This document shows, piece by piece, positions 23,590 to 32,591 of a DNA stretch of 32,591 nucleotides. Position 1 is the stretch's first letter. The number at the start of each line of letters is the position of its first letter. The DNA comes from a virus (lineage: Duplodnaviria; Caudoviricetes), in IMG/VR virus record IMGVR_UViG_3300006100_000039, positions 1 through 32,591 of that record, one strand, 5' to 3'. Under the pieces are notes generated by a model, which searched no databases, was not told the origin of the DNA, and worked only from the letters and a program-made list of their open reading frames with translations. The translations under genes were made by a program, and so were the position numbers.

Positions 23590-24621
23590 ATGGCTAAAAA
23601 ATCTTCGCCATCAACCGTTGGGAATTCCCTAGAATCAATAATTCAAGACATAAATAAACAATTTGGTGCTGGTTCAATTATGCGTTTAAACAGCAATGAA
23701 GTTTTGCCAGTCGAAGTTATTTCTACTGGAATTTTGCCACTTGATATGGCTCTTGGGGCAGGTGGTCTTCCAAAGGGAAGAATTATTGAATTTTATGGAC
23801 CACCTTCAAGCGGTAAATCTACCCTTGCTATGCACGCTGTTGCAGAAGCGCAATCCCTTGGCCTTGCTTGTGCTTACGTTGACGCAGAACACGCTTTAGA
23901 CCCTATATACGCCAAAGCAGTGGGGGTAAACCTAGATGAATTGTTGTTGTCTCAACCCAGCACTGCTGAAGAAGGTCTTGAAATTACTCTTCGTTTAGTT
24001 GAGAGTGGAAAAATTGCTATGGTTATTATTGACTCTGTTGCTGCTTTGGTTCCCCGGGCTGAAATTGAAGGAGAAATGGGCGACCATCATGTTGGTCTTC
24101 AGCCAAGATTAATGGGTCAAGCACTAAGAAAACTTACGGGCATTGTTTCTAAAACTGGAACAATTGTTATTTTTATCAATCAACTTCGTGAATCCATTGG
24201 AAAACTTTACGGGCCTAGTGAATACACACCGGGTGGAAAAGCACTCCCTTATTACGCATCAATTCGCTTAGATGTTCGTCGTATTCAAACTATAAAAAAG
24301 GGTGACGAAGCCACCGCTAATCGCACTCGAGTAAAAGTTGTTAAAAACAAAATTGCTGCGCCGTTTAAAGAAGCAGAGTTTGACCTTGAGTATGGTGTAG
24401 GCGTTCCTAAAGCAAATGCTTTGTTGGATTGTGCTATTGATTTTGGCGTTTTGCGCCAAGCCGGAGCATGGATTTATTATAACGGTGAACAATTTGCAAA
24501 TGGTCGTTTAAAGGCTAAGGCAAAACTTGAAGAACAACCAGAACTTTACGAAGAAATTTACGAACAAGTTATTGCTCTTACAGGAACGGTTCCAACGGAG
24601 ATTATTGAAAATGAAATCTAA
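23590..24621 (+). CDS. recA: RecA recombinase
   Basis: GGLPKGRIIEFYGPPSSGKST, DAEHALDP, DSVAALVPRAEIEG, IFINQLR, GGKAL, VVKNK; AAGGAG SD. Confidence 0.97.
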   Translation: MAKKSSPSTVGNSLESIIQDINKQFGAGSIMRLNSNEVLPVEVISTGILPLDMALGAGGLPKGRIIEFYGPPSSGKSTLAMHAVAEAQSLGLACAYVDAEHALDPIYAKAVGVNLDELLLSQPSTAEEGLEITLRLVESGKIAMVIIDSVAALVPRAEIEGEMGDHHVGLQPRLMGQALRKLTGIVSKTGTIVIFINQLRESIGKLYGPSEYTPGGKALPYYASIRLDVRRIQTIKKGDEATANRTRVKVVKNKIAAPFKEAEFDLEYGVGVPKANALLDCAIDFGVLRQAGAWIYYNGEQFANGRLKAKAKLEEQPELYEEIYEQVIALTGTVPTEIIENEI

Positions 24622-24844
24622 AAATCAAAAAATTGCCAACGAAAAGGCTATTGTTCAATCTGTAAAAAAGTGGTATCGTACTCGTAATTATGGGCCAAGT
24701 TACCGCGACCTTTCTGAAATAACAGGAATGTCACTGGGTACGGTGTATAATGTTTGCCATGAGCTTCGGGATTTAAAGATTCTCGAATTTCAAGACAATG
24801 TAGCAAGGACAATTAAGTTAAGAGAAGGTTATGAAAAAAATTAA
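24611..24844 (+). CDS. LexA-like DNA-binding (wHTH) domain-only protein (77 aa)
   Basis: YGPSYRDL…GMS.GTV…L…RTI resembles the LexA N-domain; no Ala-Gly site or peptidase domain. Confidence 0.75.
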   Translation: MKSKNQKIANEKAIVQSVKKWYRTRNYGPSYRDLSEITGMSLGTVYNVCHELRDLKILEFQDNVARTIKLREGYEKN

Positions 24845-25856
24845 AATTATTCCAGTTTGGGACAAAACAGAAGAAGAATGGCTAGAAATACGCAAAGGTG
24901 GCATTGGTGGTTCTGATGCAGGAACCGTTTGCGGTGTAAACAAGTACAAATCCCCATATGCATTGTGGACAGAAAAAACGGGCATTGTACCAACTGATTT
25001 TACTGGCAATGAAGCAACTAAATGGGGTAATCGATTAGAACGTGTTGTTGCCGAGGGTTACGCAGAAGACTACAACAAGGCTGTTGTTGAATGGCCAGTT
25101 ATTCTTTGGTCAGAGGAGCCTGGGCAAGAGTTTATGTTTGCAAATCTTGATTTTCTTATTGTTGAACCAAGTGATGAGTTTCCTGCTGGAACAGTACAAA
25201 CATGGCGTTTTGATTATGCACCGCCAAACATTCTTGGAATTTTGGAAGTAAAAACAGCAGGTATTGCAAGTCCAGGAAATCCAAGTTCATGGTCCAACAA
25301 TCAAGTTCCTCAAAGTTACATGCTCCAGGGGTATCATTATGGAATTGTAACTGGTATAGAAAAACTTACTTTTGCTGCCCTTATTGGTGGACAGGGTCTT
25401 CAGGTTCGCGAAATGGAATGGGACGAACAAATTGCCGAAAATCTTGTAATTCTTGAGTCACAATTTTGGGACCACATACAAAACGTAATAGCCCCCGAAG
25501 TGGATGGTAGCGATGCAACAGAATCTGCTCTTTCTGCTCGTTATCCACGCCATGAAGATGGTAAGGGTGTTGAAGGTGGTCAAGAACTTGGTCAAATTTG
25601 GGATGATTTTCAAACTGCCAAAGAAAATGCCGCAAAAGCAGAAGCCGAACAAAAAGCTCTTCGTTCACGCATACTTGAAATAATTGGTAATGCTGAATTT
25701 GCAACCGTAAATGGCGAAACTATACTAACCTACAAGACCAGCAAGGATTCCGAAGCCCTGGATGCGGACCGACTTAAAAAAGAAGCACCAGAGATTTGGG
25801 ATACTTACAAGAAGGTAAAACCAGGTTTTCGTACGCTTCGTGCCGTAAAGTCTTGA
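24831..25856 (+). CDS. YqaJ-like recombination exonuclease
   Basis: EWL..RK.GIGGSD…Y.SP..LW.EK, WG..LE, ANLD, LEVKT and P.SY..Q..HY motifs. Confidence 0.92.
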   Translation: MKKIKIIPVWDKTEEEWLEIRKGGIGGSDAGTVCGVNKYKSPYALWTEKTGIVPTDFTGNEATKWGNRLERVVAEGYAEDYNKAVVEWPVILWSEEPGQEFMFANLDFLIVEPSDEFPAGTVQTWRFDYAPPNILGILEVKTAGIASPGNPSSWSNNQVPQSYMLQGYHYGIVTGIEKLTFAALIGGQGLQVREMEWDEQIAENLVILESQFWDHIQNVIAPEVDGSDATESALSARYPRHEDGKGVEGGQELGQIWDDFQTAKENAAKAEAEQKALRSRILEIIGNAEFATVNGETILTYKTSKDSEALDADRLKKEAPEIWDTYKKVKPGFRTLRAVKS

Positions 25857-25881
25857 CACAAGGTTAAAACATCTGTACAAT
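25853..25881 (+). promoter_or_regulatory. Promoter TTGACA-17-TACAAT
   Basis: Near-consensus; AAGGAGG SD follows. Confidence 0.8.
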
Positions 25882-25907
25882 TAAGTTAACCCTTAAGGAG
25901 GGATAAA

Positions 25908-26570
25908 ATGAAAAGCAATGAAATAAACGAATTAGCAACCGCCTTGGTTGGTGCTCAAGCAGAGTTTTCTGCTGTGCCAAAAAGTTCGGTAAATCCATTT
26001 TTTAAAAGCAAATATGCACCATTGCCAGAAGTTATGGCTAGCGCCACACCAATTTTGTCAAAGTGGGGACTTGCAATTAGTCAGTTCATTGGCGTTGATG
26101 AAGAAGGTCGCGACATTCTGACTACATATTTACTTCACAAATCAGGACAATACATATCTCAAGACATGCGTTTGCACCTTGGAAAAGACGACACTAGTCA
26201 AGCATTGGGCTCAAGCGTTACATATGCTCGTCGTTACCAAATTTTGTCTGTACTTGGAATGGTTGCAGATGAAGACGACGACGGCAATGCGTCTACTCAG
26301 TCATCGCTGCAGTCTGTTCAAAGAAAACCAAGCAATAATCTTGGAGAAAAATTAGCAACAGCAGCAGGAAAGTCTGGTAGTAAAATGGCTACCGAAGGAA
26401 TGACCCGAATGATTTGGGCTATTACACATCAAAGTCTTAATTGGAACGACGGAGAAATGTTCGACAGGGTCGACGAAATCGCCGGTCGTAAAGTTGAGAA
26501 ATTAGCAGACCTTACCTTTGACGAGGCTAAGGCCGTTATCGACAGCCTGAAAGAACTTCAGGGAGCATAG
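25908..26570 (+). CDS. ERF-family ssDNA annealing protein
   Basis: NPFFKSKYA.L, T.LLH.SGQ and Q..GS..TYARRY…DDDG motifs. Confidence 0.92.
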   Translation: MKSNEINELATALVGAQAEFSAVPKSSVNPFFKSKYAPLPEVMASATPILSKWGLAISQFIGVDEEGRDILTTYLLHKSGQYISQDMRLHLGKDDTSQALGSSVTYARRYQILSVLGMVADEDDDGNASTQSSLQSVQRKPSNNLGEKLATAAGKSGSKMATEGMTRMIWAITHQSLNWNDGEMFDRVDEIAGRKVEKLADLTFDEAKAVIDSLKELQGA

Positions 26571-26581
26571 AAAGGAATCTT

Positions 26582-26989
26582 ATGGATTCAACAATTACAA
26601 TTGCGGGTAACCTCACTCGAGACCCCGAACTTAAATTTACAGACAGCGGAATGGCAACTGTTCGATTCGGAGTAGCAACTTCTCGTAAGATTAAAGAACG
26701 CGAAACAACGTCTTTTTACGAAGTTATTGCATTTGGCAAAACCGCTGAAAATGTTCAAGCATCTTTGTCAAAAGGTAATCGTGTTTTGGTTACCGGCCGC
26801 CTAGAAGTACGTAATTGGGAAAAACAAGATGGAACAAAAGCCACCACTGTTGAAGTAGTTGCTGATGAAGTTGCTGCTGACCTTAAATTTGCTACAGTTA
26901 CAATTATGAAGAACGAACGCAAAGAATTTGCAAAAACTTCAGCTCCTTCTGGTAAAAACTTTATGCAGGACTTTGAAGAAGACTTTTAA
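26582..26989 (+). CDS. ssb: Single-stranded DNA-binding protein
   Basis: GNLTRDPELKFT.SG, AENV..SL.KG.RV.V.GRL; acidic tail. Confidence 0.95.
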   Translation: MDSTITIAGNLTRDPELKFTDSGMATVRFGVATSRKIKERETTSFYEVIAFGKTAENVQASLSKGNRVLVTGRLEVRNWEKQDGTKATTVEVVADEVAADLKFATVTIMKNERKEFAKTSAPSGKNFMQDFEEDF

Positions 26990-27369
26990 TGGGTCAATAC
27001 ATTGACTATTCATCTCCCATTGGTTATGGTGAAATTGAGCGTTCAATGCTTCACGCCATTGAACAAATGGAAGGTTTAACAAAAGATTTTTCTGTAACCG
27101 CTGATGAATACGCCGATGCTGAATCAACTTTTAAAATTGCTTTTGCTAAAAGTCGCCTTATGGCTCGAGCAGGAAATAATTATGAAGGAAAAAAAGTCAC
27201 TGCAGATTTAGCAGATGACATTGCAACAGTTGAAACCGAGAAAGAAAGGATTGCCATGGAGGCATCAAAAGCAAAACACGATGCCACCAGGCAAGCCTTG
27301 CTTTCAGTTAGAAGTCGTTTAGAAGCACTGCGAAGTCTTATGGCTTCCTACCGAGATGCAGGAGCGTAA
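26989..27369 (+). CDS. Helical hypothetical protein (possible recombination mediator)
   Basis: Coupled ORF with coiled-coil character; function is inference only. Confidence 0.7.
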   Translation: MGQYIDYSSPIGYGEIERSMLHAIEQMEGLTKDFSVTADEYADAESTFKIAFAKSRLMARAGNNYEGKKVTADLADDIATVETEKERIAMEASKAKHDATRQALLSVRSRLEALRSLMASYRDAGA

Positions 27370-27371
27370 TA

Positions 27372-27527
27372 ATGTCTTATGATGCAGAAATAGCAACGTA
27401 TGTTCTCGAACTTGAACGTAAGGTTTCAAAACAAAACGAAAAAATCGAACAATTAGAATCTCAATTAAAAGTTGCTCATCGTTTAATTGCAATTCTTGAT
27501 ACACAGCAACAACACGTAGACCTTTAG
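27372..27527 (+). CDS. Small coiled-coil protein (51 aa)
   Basis: AGGAG SD; fills the gap; stop overlaps the next start. Confidence 0.6.
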   Translation: MSYDAEIATYVLELERKVSKQNEKIEQLESQLKVAHRLIAILDTQQQHVDL

Positions 27528-27919
27528 TGGAAAGAAAAAAACGCCTTGTAGCGCGTACATCTTTACAAAGCAAAAAACCTTTGAAGATTCGTAGCGTTTT
27601 AAAAAGCAAAAAAGGGCTTGTAACGAAATCATCGCTCAAGCCCCGTTCTAAAAAAATGACGGAAATTTACAAAAAACGTTCTGTTTTTGTAAAAAGATTC
27701 CTTTCACTTCATCCACAATGTCAAGCAGTGTGGGATGAAAATTGTTATACTCTATCCGTTGACGTTCACGAAATTATTCCTCGTGGTGTTGGCGGCAAAA
27801 TAATAAGTGATGATTGGTCTAATTTTATGGCAGTATGTCGGTATTGCCACACTATGATTACTGATAATCCAGCAGAAGCTCAAAAGAGAGGGTTAAGAAA
27901 ATGGTCTTGGGAGAAGTAA
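27527..27919 (+). CDS. HNH endonuclease
   Basis: CQ…C…DVHE..PRG.GG…N…VCR.CH motif; basic N-terminus. Confidence 0.85.
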   Translation: MERKKRLVARTSLQSKKPLKIRSVLKSKKGLVTKSSLKPRSKKMTEIYKKRSVFVKRFLSLHPQCQAVWDENCYTLSVDVHEIIPRGVGGKIISDDWSNFMAVCRYCHTMITDNPAEAQKRGLRKWSWEK

Positions 27920-28062
27920 AACACTACATTGAGTTTGTGTTTGTAAATGGCGTTTTTCAAACGCATTGCACTTGTGGATGGTCTTCAAAAGCAAAAAATA
28001 GAAATGTTATTCTTGCTTTTTCGCATCTTCACATTGCTTCTTCTCAGGTTGGCATTAGTTAG
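27901..28062 (+). CDS. Small hypothetical protein (53 aa, H…CTCGW…H)
   Basis: Fills the gap between the HNH gene and whiB; Zn-type ligands. Confidence 0.5.
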   Translation: MVLGEVKHYIEFVFVNGVFQTHCTCGWSSKAKNRNVILAFSHLHIASSQVGIS

Positions 28063-28379
28063 TGGAAGAATTTGGTCTTAGTGATTATGAATCACTTGAA
28101 TTTGTTAACTTTTTTTGGTCTACTCGTCCTAATTTTTATGACAAAGCACGTTGTAAAAACGAAGGTTTTGATAAATTTTTTCCCAAAAAAGGTCAATCAA
28201 AAACAGCAAAAATTGCCATTGAAATTTGTAAAGGTTGCGCTTCACGTTTTGAATGTTTACGTTATTCAATGGACAAAAAAATAGAATATGGTATTTGGGG
28301 TGGTTCAACACCGCAACAAAGAGAACAGTGGTTTCTTTCTAAAATTAGCGTTGAGGAAATATGGAAAAATCTAAAATAA
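28062..28379 (+). CDS. whiB: WhiB-family Fe-S transcription factor
   Basis: A.C…FFP…IC..C….ECL…GIWGG.T..QR. Confidence 0.9.
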   Translation: MEEFGLSDYESLEFVNFFWSTRPNFYDKARCKNEGFDKFFPKKGQSKTAKIAIEICKGCASRFECLRYSMDKKIEYGIWGGSTPQQREQWFLSKISVEEIWKNLK

Positions 28380-28628
28380 AGAAGATTTTTCTTCTTCTGC
28401 TCTTTGTATTCTTGCTTTTTTAGCTAAAGATTTATAATTTGGTTCATACTTACACGTTAGATGAACTTCATCCAGGTCTTTATAACGTTCATCTTGTGTT
28501 GATTGGGGACATAAATCACCACAAACAATGCAAGGAACCCATTTAATACCCTTATAGGATTCTTTGTACATGCGTCGCATTTTTGCAACATGTTTAACAT
28601 TCATTGGTTCTTTGTTTCTTTTTATCAC
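28371..28628 (-). CDS. Basic hypothetical protein with CxxC…HxxC (85 aa)
   Basis: ATGA coupling; Zn-finger ligands. Confidence 0.65.
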   Translation of the reverse strand: MIKRNKEPMNVKHVAKMRRMYKESYKGIKWVPCIVCGDLCPQSTQDERYKDLDEVHLTCKYEPNYKSLAKKARIQRAEEEKSSLF

Positions 28629-29617
28629 AATATTTGTAGGTCACTCCAGCCAAATGGACCGCAACCCGTCCCAACTAAAAGGGTTAACATTCCTGGGGGA
28701 CAATTGCTTCCTGTGGTGCTTGTAAACCATTTTGAACCACCATCAGCAGCAGGAGACATAAACACTTGACGACCCGTAGCACTTGAGGCTACAAAGTGGT
28801 GAAGGTGTCCGCAAAATAAAATATCAGCTTGTGCAATTGGCTGACGACCCATTGCCTGACCAAGCCACCATGACTCAATCTTTCCAATAGAACCGTTAGT
28901 CTTTGTCCAATTCTTATTAGAACCGTGACGGAAACTGTGACCGTGGGCAAATCCACAAGTAACACCAGAGATGTCCAATGTCATTGTAAGGTCTTCAGCA
29001 ATAGCACCAAGAGGAATCTCTACATTGCCATAGCGTTCTTTATTGTGACTAATGATTTCTGCAACGCCATCAAAAATAGCGAGGTCGTCATTGTCGGTCC
29101 ATGTTGTGTAAGCTTTGCCCATTGAATTACGGTTTTCACCGTGGTTTCCTGGAACAGCACCAAGAACAACGTTGTATCCTTCATCAACCATAAGGTCAAC
29201 AAAACGCATAACAAGTCGTCGTGCCAAGCGCATTTGCTCTCGGCGGTCTAGGTCTGTATTAAAAGCTTGCATGTCATAGTGACCTGAGCACTGCTCAATA
29301 AGGTCACCAAGTCCAACACCATATACGGTATTGATTTCACGTCCGGTTTTCTTGAGGTCTTTAAGACGCTCAACAAGTCGGTCTTGGAATGTAATGATGC
29401 GTTCTGCAATCATTGGGCTTCCGCCACCTTCGTTTTTACCTGCCTGCCAGTCACTTAAAAGTACAAGCATTGAAGTATTACCAGTTGGTTTTGTTTGCTT
29501 GCCAGGTTTTCTTTTGGCAACGTTCTTACAAAGTTCGGTAAGGTCTTCTGGTTCAACCACTTTTGGCTCAAGACGGTGACGATAAAATTCACTAATATCA
29601 ATTTTAGATTTTGACAT
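28625..29617 (-). CDS. Calcineurin-like metallophosphoesterase (Mre11/SbcD-like)
   Basis: SDWQ, GD, GNHG, HGH and GHLH motifs. Confidence 0.88.
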   Translation of the reverse strand: MSKSKIDISEFYRHRLEPKVVEPEDLTELCKNVAKRKPGKQTKPTGNTSMLVLLSDWQAGKNEGGGSPMIAERIITFQDRLVERLKDLKKTGREINTVYGVGLGDLIEQCSGHYDMQAFNTDLDRREQMRLARRLVMRFVDLMVDEGYNVVLGAVPGNHGENRNSMGKAYTTWTDNDDLAIFDGVAEIISHNKERYGNVEIPLGAIAEDLTMTLDISGVTCGFAHGHSFRHGSNKNWTKTNGSIGKIESWWLGQAMGRQPIAQADILFCGHLHHFVASSATGRQVFMSPAADGGSKWFTSTTGSNCPPGMLTLLVGTGCGPFGWSDLQIL

Positions 29618-29632
29618 GGGGTTCCTCGTCCC

Positions 29633-29857
29633 TTATTTCCCGCAGCAGCATAGGCCGCGTCGGTGTTCAGAAAGGGTGGTCCTTTTTACAGGAAAACCCC
29701 ATTTGTCCAAAACCTCCATAATGGTTGCGGTTTGAACTTCTTTGTTAGTCATTTTTAAAACAGTGTTTATTTTTTCCCACTGTTCTTCATTTAATGGAAG
29801 CGAACCAATAGCGCACTTCTTTGTTGAATAAAATTCAGACAAATCTACTTTTGACAT
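29633..29857 (-). CDS. Small hypothetical protein (74 aa, C…HRRGLCCC)
   Basis: AAGGAG SD; promoter TTGACA(29915-29920)-17-TAACCT(29892-29897). Confidence 0.75.
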   Translation of the reverse strand: MSKVDLSEFYSTKKCAIGSLPLNEEQWEKINTVLKMTNKEVQTATIMEVLDKWGFPVKRTTLSEHRRGLCCCGK

Positions 29858-29924
29858 TTTGACACTCCTTGGTTAATCCTCCGTTGTATGAAGGTTACAC
29901 CAGTGTTATTTAAATGTCAAGCAT

Positions 29925-30296
29925 TTAGCCCATAGGAAAGTCAGGAGCCAATACAACTAACTCACCCATTGCTCGAACTTTGGTCTTGGTTTGGTCGTGA
30001 TTAATTGCGTCATCCGGCTCACCCAAAAACGAGTAAACCCAAACACCATCGTTATACAAACTGGTGTCAATGCTGGCAACGTAAAGGCCAAGACCAATGC
30101 GAACAATTGTAGATGTTACGTCACCTACGCCATAAGTGTAATTAAATATTTGTGGTGTTCCACCATTGATTTGAAAACCAAAATAAACTTGGTCCGGGTC
30201 AATAATAGTTACATTGTCTTGAGCCAAAAATGGCTTAGAGGTAAAGAACTGAATGGTAGTTCCTTGAACGTATGTGTTTGGAATGAATGTTCTCAT
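29925..30296 (-). CDS. Probable virion structural protein (beta-rich, 123 aa)
   Basis: Lies downstream of the fibre gene; G.Y…ID….G.W.Y pattern. Confidence 0.6.
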   Translation of the reverse strand: MRTFIPNTYVQGTTIQFFTSKPFLAQDNVTIIDPDQVYFGFQINGGTPQIFNYTYGVGDVTSTIVRIGLGLYVASIDTSLYNDGVWVYSFLGEPDDAINHDQTKTKVRAMGELVVLAPDFPMG

Positions 30297-30299
30297 GGC

Positions 30300-30503
30300 C
30301 TATTCCTCTGGGTTAATGCCCAAGTAATCTAAAACTGCTTCCCAATTACCTACGTCCATAACTTCAAGTGTTGCTGATGAGGCGCTAACTTCCAGGCTTC
30401 CTGGTTGTGGAGTAAAATATCGAATGTTTGTGCCGGAAGAAAAACCTGTTGATTTACTGTTTCCGGTGTTGTCAAAATACGTGTGGTTTGAAAATTGTGG
30501 CAT
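30300..30503 (-). CDS. Hypothetical protein (67 aa)
   Basis: TAATG coupling; operon context. Confidence 0.65.
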   Translation of the reverse strand: MPQFSNHTYFDNTGNSKSTGFSSGTNIRYFTPQPGSLEVSASSATLEVMDVGNWEAVLDYLGINPEE

Positions 30504-32590
30504 TAAATTGCCCCCATGTATCGCATGGTAAGTATGTCATTGTTTGAAAATGCACCAGCAGTTTGAAGAACTAGTGTAGTTCCAGTCATTGTGACCGTTC
30601 CAGTAAGTGTTGGTGATGCTGAAAGAACATTGTTTCCTGAACCCGTAGAAGTTGTAACGCCAGTTCCACCGTTGGTTACAGCAAGGGTTCCACTTACTTG
30701 AGTAGCAAGAGCAGCAGTTCCACTTATTTGTGAGAAAGAATAATCACCCGAAGTTGGCGCCACCGTTCCTGAACGACCATTAAATGTTGTAACCGTTGAC
30801 GAGGTTGTATTTACTGGACCGCCACCTACAACAATGTGTAGGTTGTAAACCATAGCGGTAGCACCTGATGAGGTGTAACCCATTGTGTATTGAATTGCGG
30901 TAGAGGCTTTGGCGTAAACTGTAATTGTGCCTGAGATGAAACCAGTTGTGGTTGAGTTCTGTGTTGACGATGTACCAACGGAAGTTATGGCGTTATTGTC
31001 TGGGTCAGTTGAAAGAACTGAAAACAATCCAAGCGTTGATGACGTGGTTGCTGCGGTTGTTATTTTACCGTAGTATTGAATGGTGTAAAGACCAGCAATG
31101 GAAGGCGTGTAGAGCGTAGTTGCCGAAATAGCCGCCGACTGTGCCGTAAGGTCAACTGTTGCATACGCACTGGCGTATGGACCTTGTGTTCCTTGAGTTC
31201 CCTGATTGCCTTGATTACCCTGGTTGCCTTGAAATCCTTGATTACCCTGTGCACCCTGGGGAATTGTAAAGTTAAATGTAGCGGCAGAAGAAGTACCAGA
31301 GTTGGTAACGCTTGCTTGAGTGCCTTGCGCACCTGTTGTAGTTGTACCAACGGCAATAGTTGCTGCTGAACCTTGGTTTCCCTGGTTACCCTGAGGACCG
31401 GTTGAACCCTGTGAGCCCTGTGAGCCAGTATTTCCTTGGTTACCTTGGTAGCCCTGCGTTCCCTGTGCACCTGTTGAACCTTGCGCGCCGGTTACACCCT
31501 GGAAACCTTGGTTTCCTTGATTGCCTTGGAATCCTTGATTGCCTTGAGGTCCTTGAGGAAGGTTAAAGTTAAGAATTGCGGCACCTTGAGTACCTGAATT
31601 GCTTACAGAAGCGCCAGTTGCATATGAAACGGTAGAAGTTGTTCCAATTGTGATTCCTGCTTGGTAACCTTGGAATCCTTGATTACCTTGGAATCCTTGA
31701 TTGCCCTGCGAGCCTTGTACACCTTGTAATCCTTGTGCTCCAGTGGCGCCTTGCGCTCCTTGAGCACCCGTTGAGCCTTGCGCACCGGTAGAACCCTGAT
31801 ACCCCTGGGGGCCTTGTGCACCAGTAGAGCCTTGGGCACCTGTTGAACCTTGGGCTCCAGTGCTACCTTGAGAACCCGTAGAACCCTGAGCACCCGTACT
31901 TCCTTGAGAACCAGTTGCACCCTGACTTCCTGTTGCACCCTGTACGCCTTGAGGTCCTTGAGCGCCTGTTGAACCTTGCGAACCTGTTGAACCCTGTACG
32001 CCCTGTGTGCCTTGGTATCCCTGTGAACCCTGTGCCCCAGTTGAACCCTGCGCACCCGTGGCTCCTTGTGAACCTGTTGCACCCTGTGAACCAGTTGTTC
32101 CTTGGTAACCCTGTGGGCCGACCTGGGTATACATAACCTGCTGTACGGTGACAATCATTGAAGGCGCTGCTGGCGCCTGTGAACCGGCAGCAATATTAAC
32201 TATTTGAATAGCAGTGTCATCTGTTAACCAAACAAATTTTACGTACTCATTAGCAGTTGTGGTAGTAATTAGGTAATTCCACGATTGAATAATTGCGTAG
32301 TTGTTACCTGTTAGTTGAACGTCACCGGCTGATGCCGCAATGTCTGTACCATTTTGGTTAATCCAAATAATAGCGTTTCCGGTACCACCAGAATTGCGTT
32401 TAAGTTGCGCAGAAAACTGTACGTTGTACACACCTGGGTTAGCAATAACAATGTGTGAACCTGAAGAAACGTCTACGCCACTTCTGTCACCCTTGCTGTT
32501 AAGAGTAATGTCGTACTTTGTATTTGTTGCAGAAGCACTTTGCGTTGTGGTGTCCCAAAAAGAACCGTAGTATCCTTGAGCACCACCGGC
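30503..32590 (-). CDS. Collagen-like tail/virion fibre protein (5'-truncated by the window edge)
   Basis: Extensive G-X-Q/G-X-T triplets. The frame stays open from 32431 to the window end (…GYYGSFWDTTTQ…GVYNVQFSAQL). Confidence 0.88.
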   Translation of the reverse strand, partial: AGGAQGYYGSFWDTTTQSASATNTKYDITLNSKGDRSGVDVSSGSHIVIANPGVYNVQFSAQLKRNSGGTGNAIIWINQNGTDIAASAGDVQLTGNNYAIIQSWNYLITTTTANEYVKFVWLTDDTAIQIVNIAAGSQAPAAPSMIVTVQQVMYTQVGPQGYQGTTGSQGATGSQGATGAQGSTGAQGSQGYQGTQGVQGSTGSQGSTGAQGPQGVQGATGSQGATGSQGSTGAQGSTGSQGSTGAQGSTGAQGSTGAQGPQGYQGSTGAQGSTGAQGAQGATGAQGLQGVQGSQGNQGFQGNQGFQGYQAGITIGTTSTVSYATGASVSNSGTQGAAILNFNLPQGPQGNQGFQGNQGNQGFQGVTGAQGSTGAQGTQGYQGNQGNTGSQGSQGSTGPQGNQGNQGSAATIAVGTTTTGAQGTQASVTNSGTSSAATFNFTIPQGAQGNQGFQGNQGNQGNQGTQGTQGPYASAYATVDLTAQSAAISATTLYTPSIAGLYTIQYYGKITTAATTSSTLGLFSVLSTDPDNNAITSVGTSSTQNSTTTGFISGTITVYAKASTAIQYTMGYTSSGATAMVYNLHIVVGGGPVNTTSSTVTTFNGRSGTVAPTSGDYSFSQISGTAALATQVSGTLAVTNGGTGVTTSTGSGNNVLSASPTLTGTVTMTGTTLVLQTAGAFSNNDILTMRYMGAI

Positions 32591-32591
32591 A

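Noticed and set aside
31060-32154. Alternative-frame ORFs within the collagen gene
   Set aside because: Artefacts of the 9-nt periodic repeats.
1-32591. tRNA, rRNA, IS/transposase, integrase or reverse transcriptase genes
   Set aside because: No cloverleaf/T-loop signatures or catalytic motifs were recognised by eye; tRNAscan-SE and HMM searches would be needed to exclude them formally.

Overview
Segment of a dsDNA tailed phage genome, probably infecting a relatively AT-rich actinobacterium. The host inference rests on WhiB, an Rpf-like transglycosylase, an MSMEG_6728-like glycosylase, leaderless sigmaA-type promoters and CGAAC-N4-GTTCG boxes. The right part (about 15.6-32.6 kb) is conventional: terminase small subunit, HslV-like Ntn hydrolase, DnaB/RepA-like helicase, a replication initiator with an internal iteron origin, SNF2/HARP helicase, RecA, a LexA-DNA-binding-domain-only protein, YqaJ, ERF, SSB, HNH, WhiB, a metallophosphoesterase and a collagen-like fibre. 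The striking part is about 2.6-14.3 kb, an array of roughly 15 short minus-strand transcription units (ArdC, YubB/DUF1281-like, DUF3846, MoxR AAA + vWA, many unknown small proteins) that share one control module. Read on the minus strand it is: 34-bp A-tract box, helically phased ATCGCGC half-site (some units), 16-bp palindrome ATCGCGCG-N-GCGCGAT covering the -35 position, 13-15 nt, (TGn)TANNNT -10, CCGG-loop-GCCGG leader hairpin, SD, ORF, and often a terminator. Beside it is a cluster of host-type regulator boxes (3 LexA, 3 IscR/Rrf2-like, 1 Rex/CRP) and an AT-rich direct-repeat tract. Two candidate structured ncRNAs were also seen (about 717-800 and 17144-17314). All calls come from reading the sequence and recalling family motifs; no searches were run.
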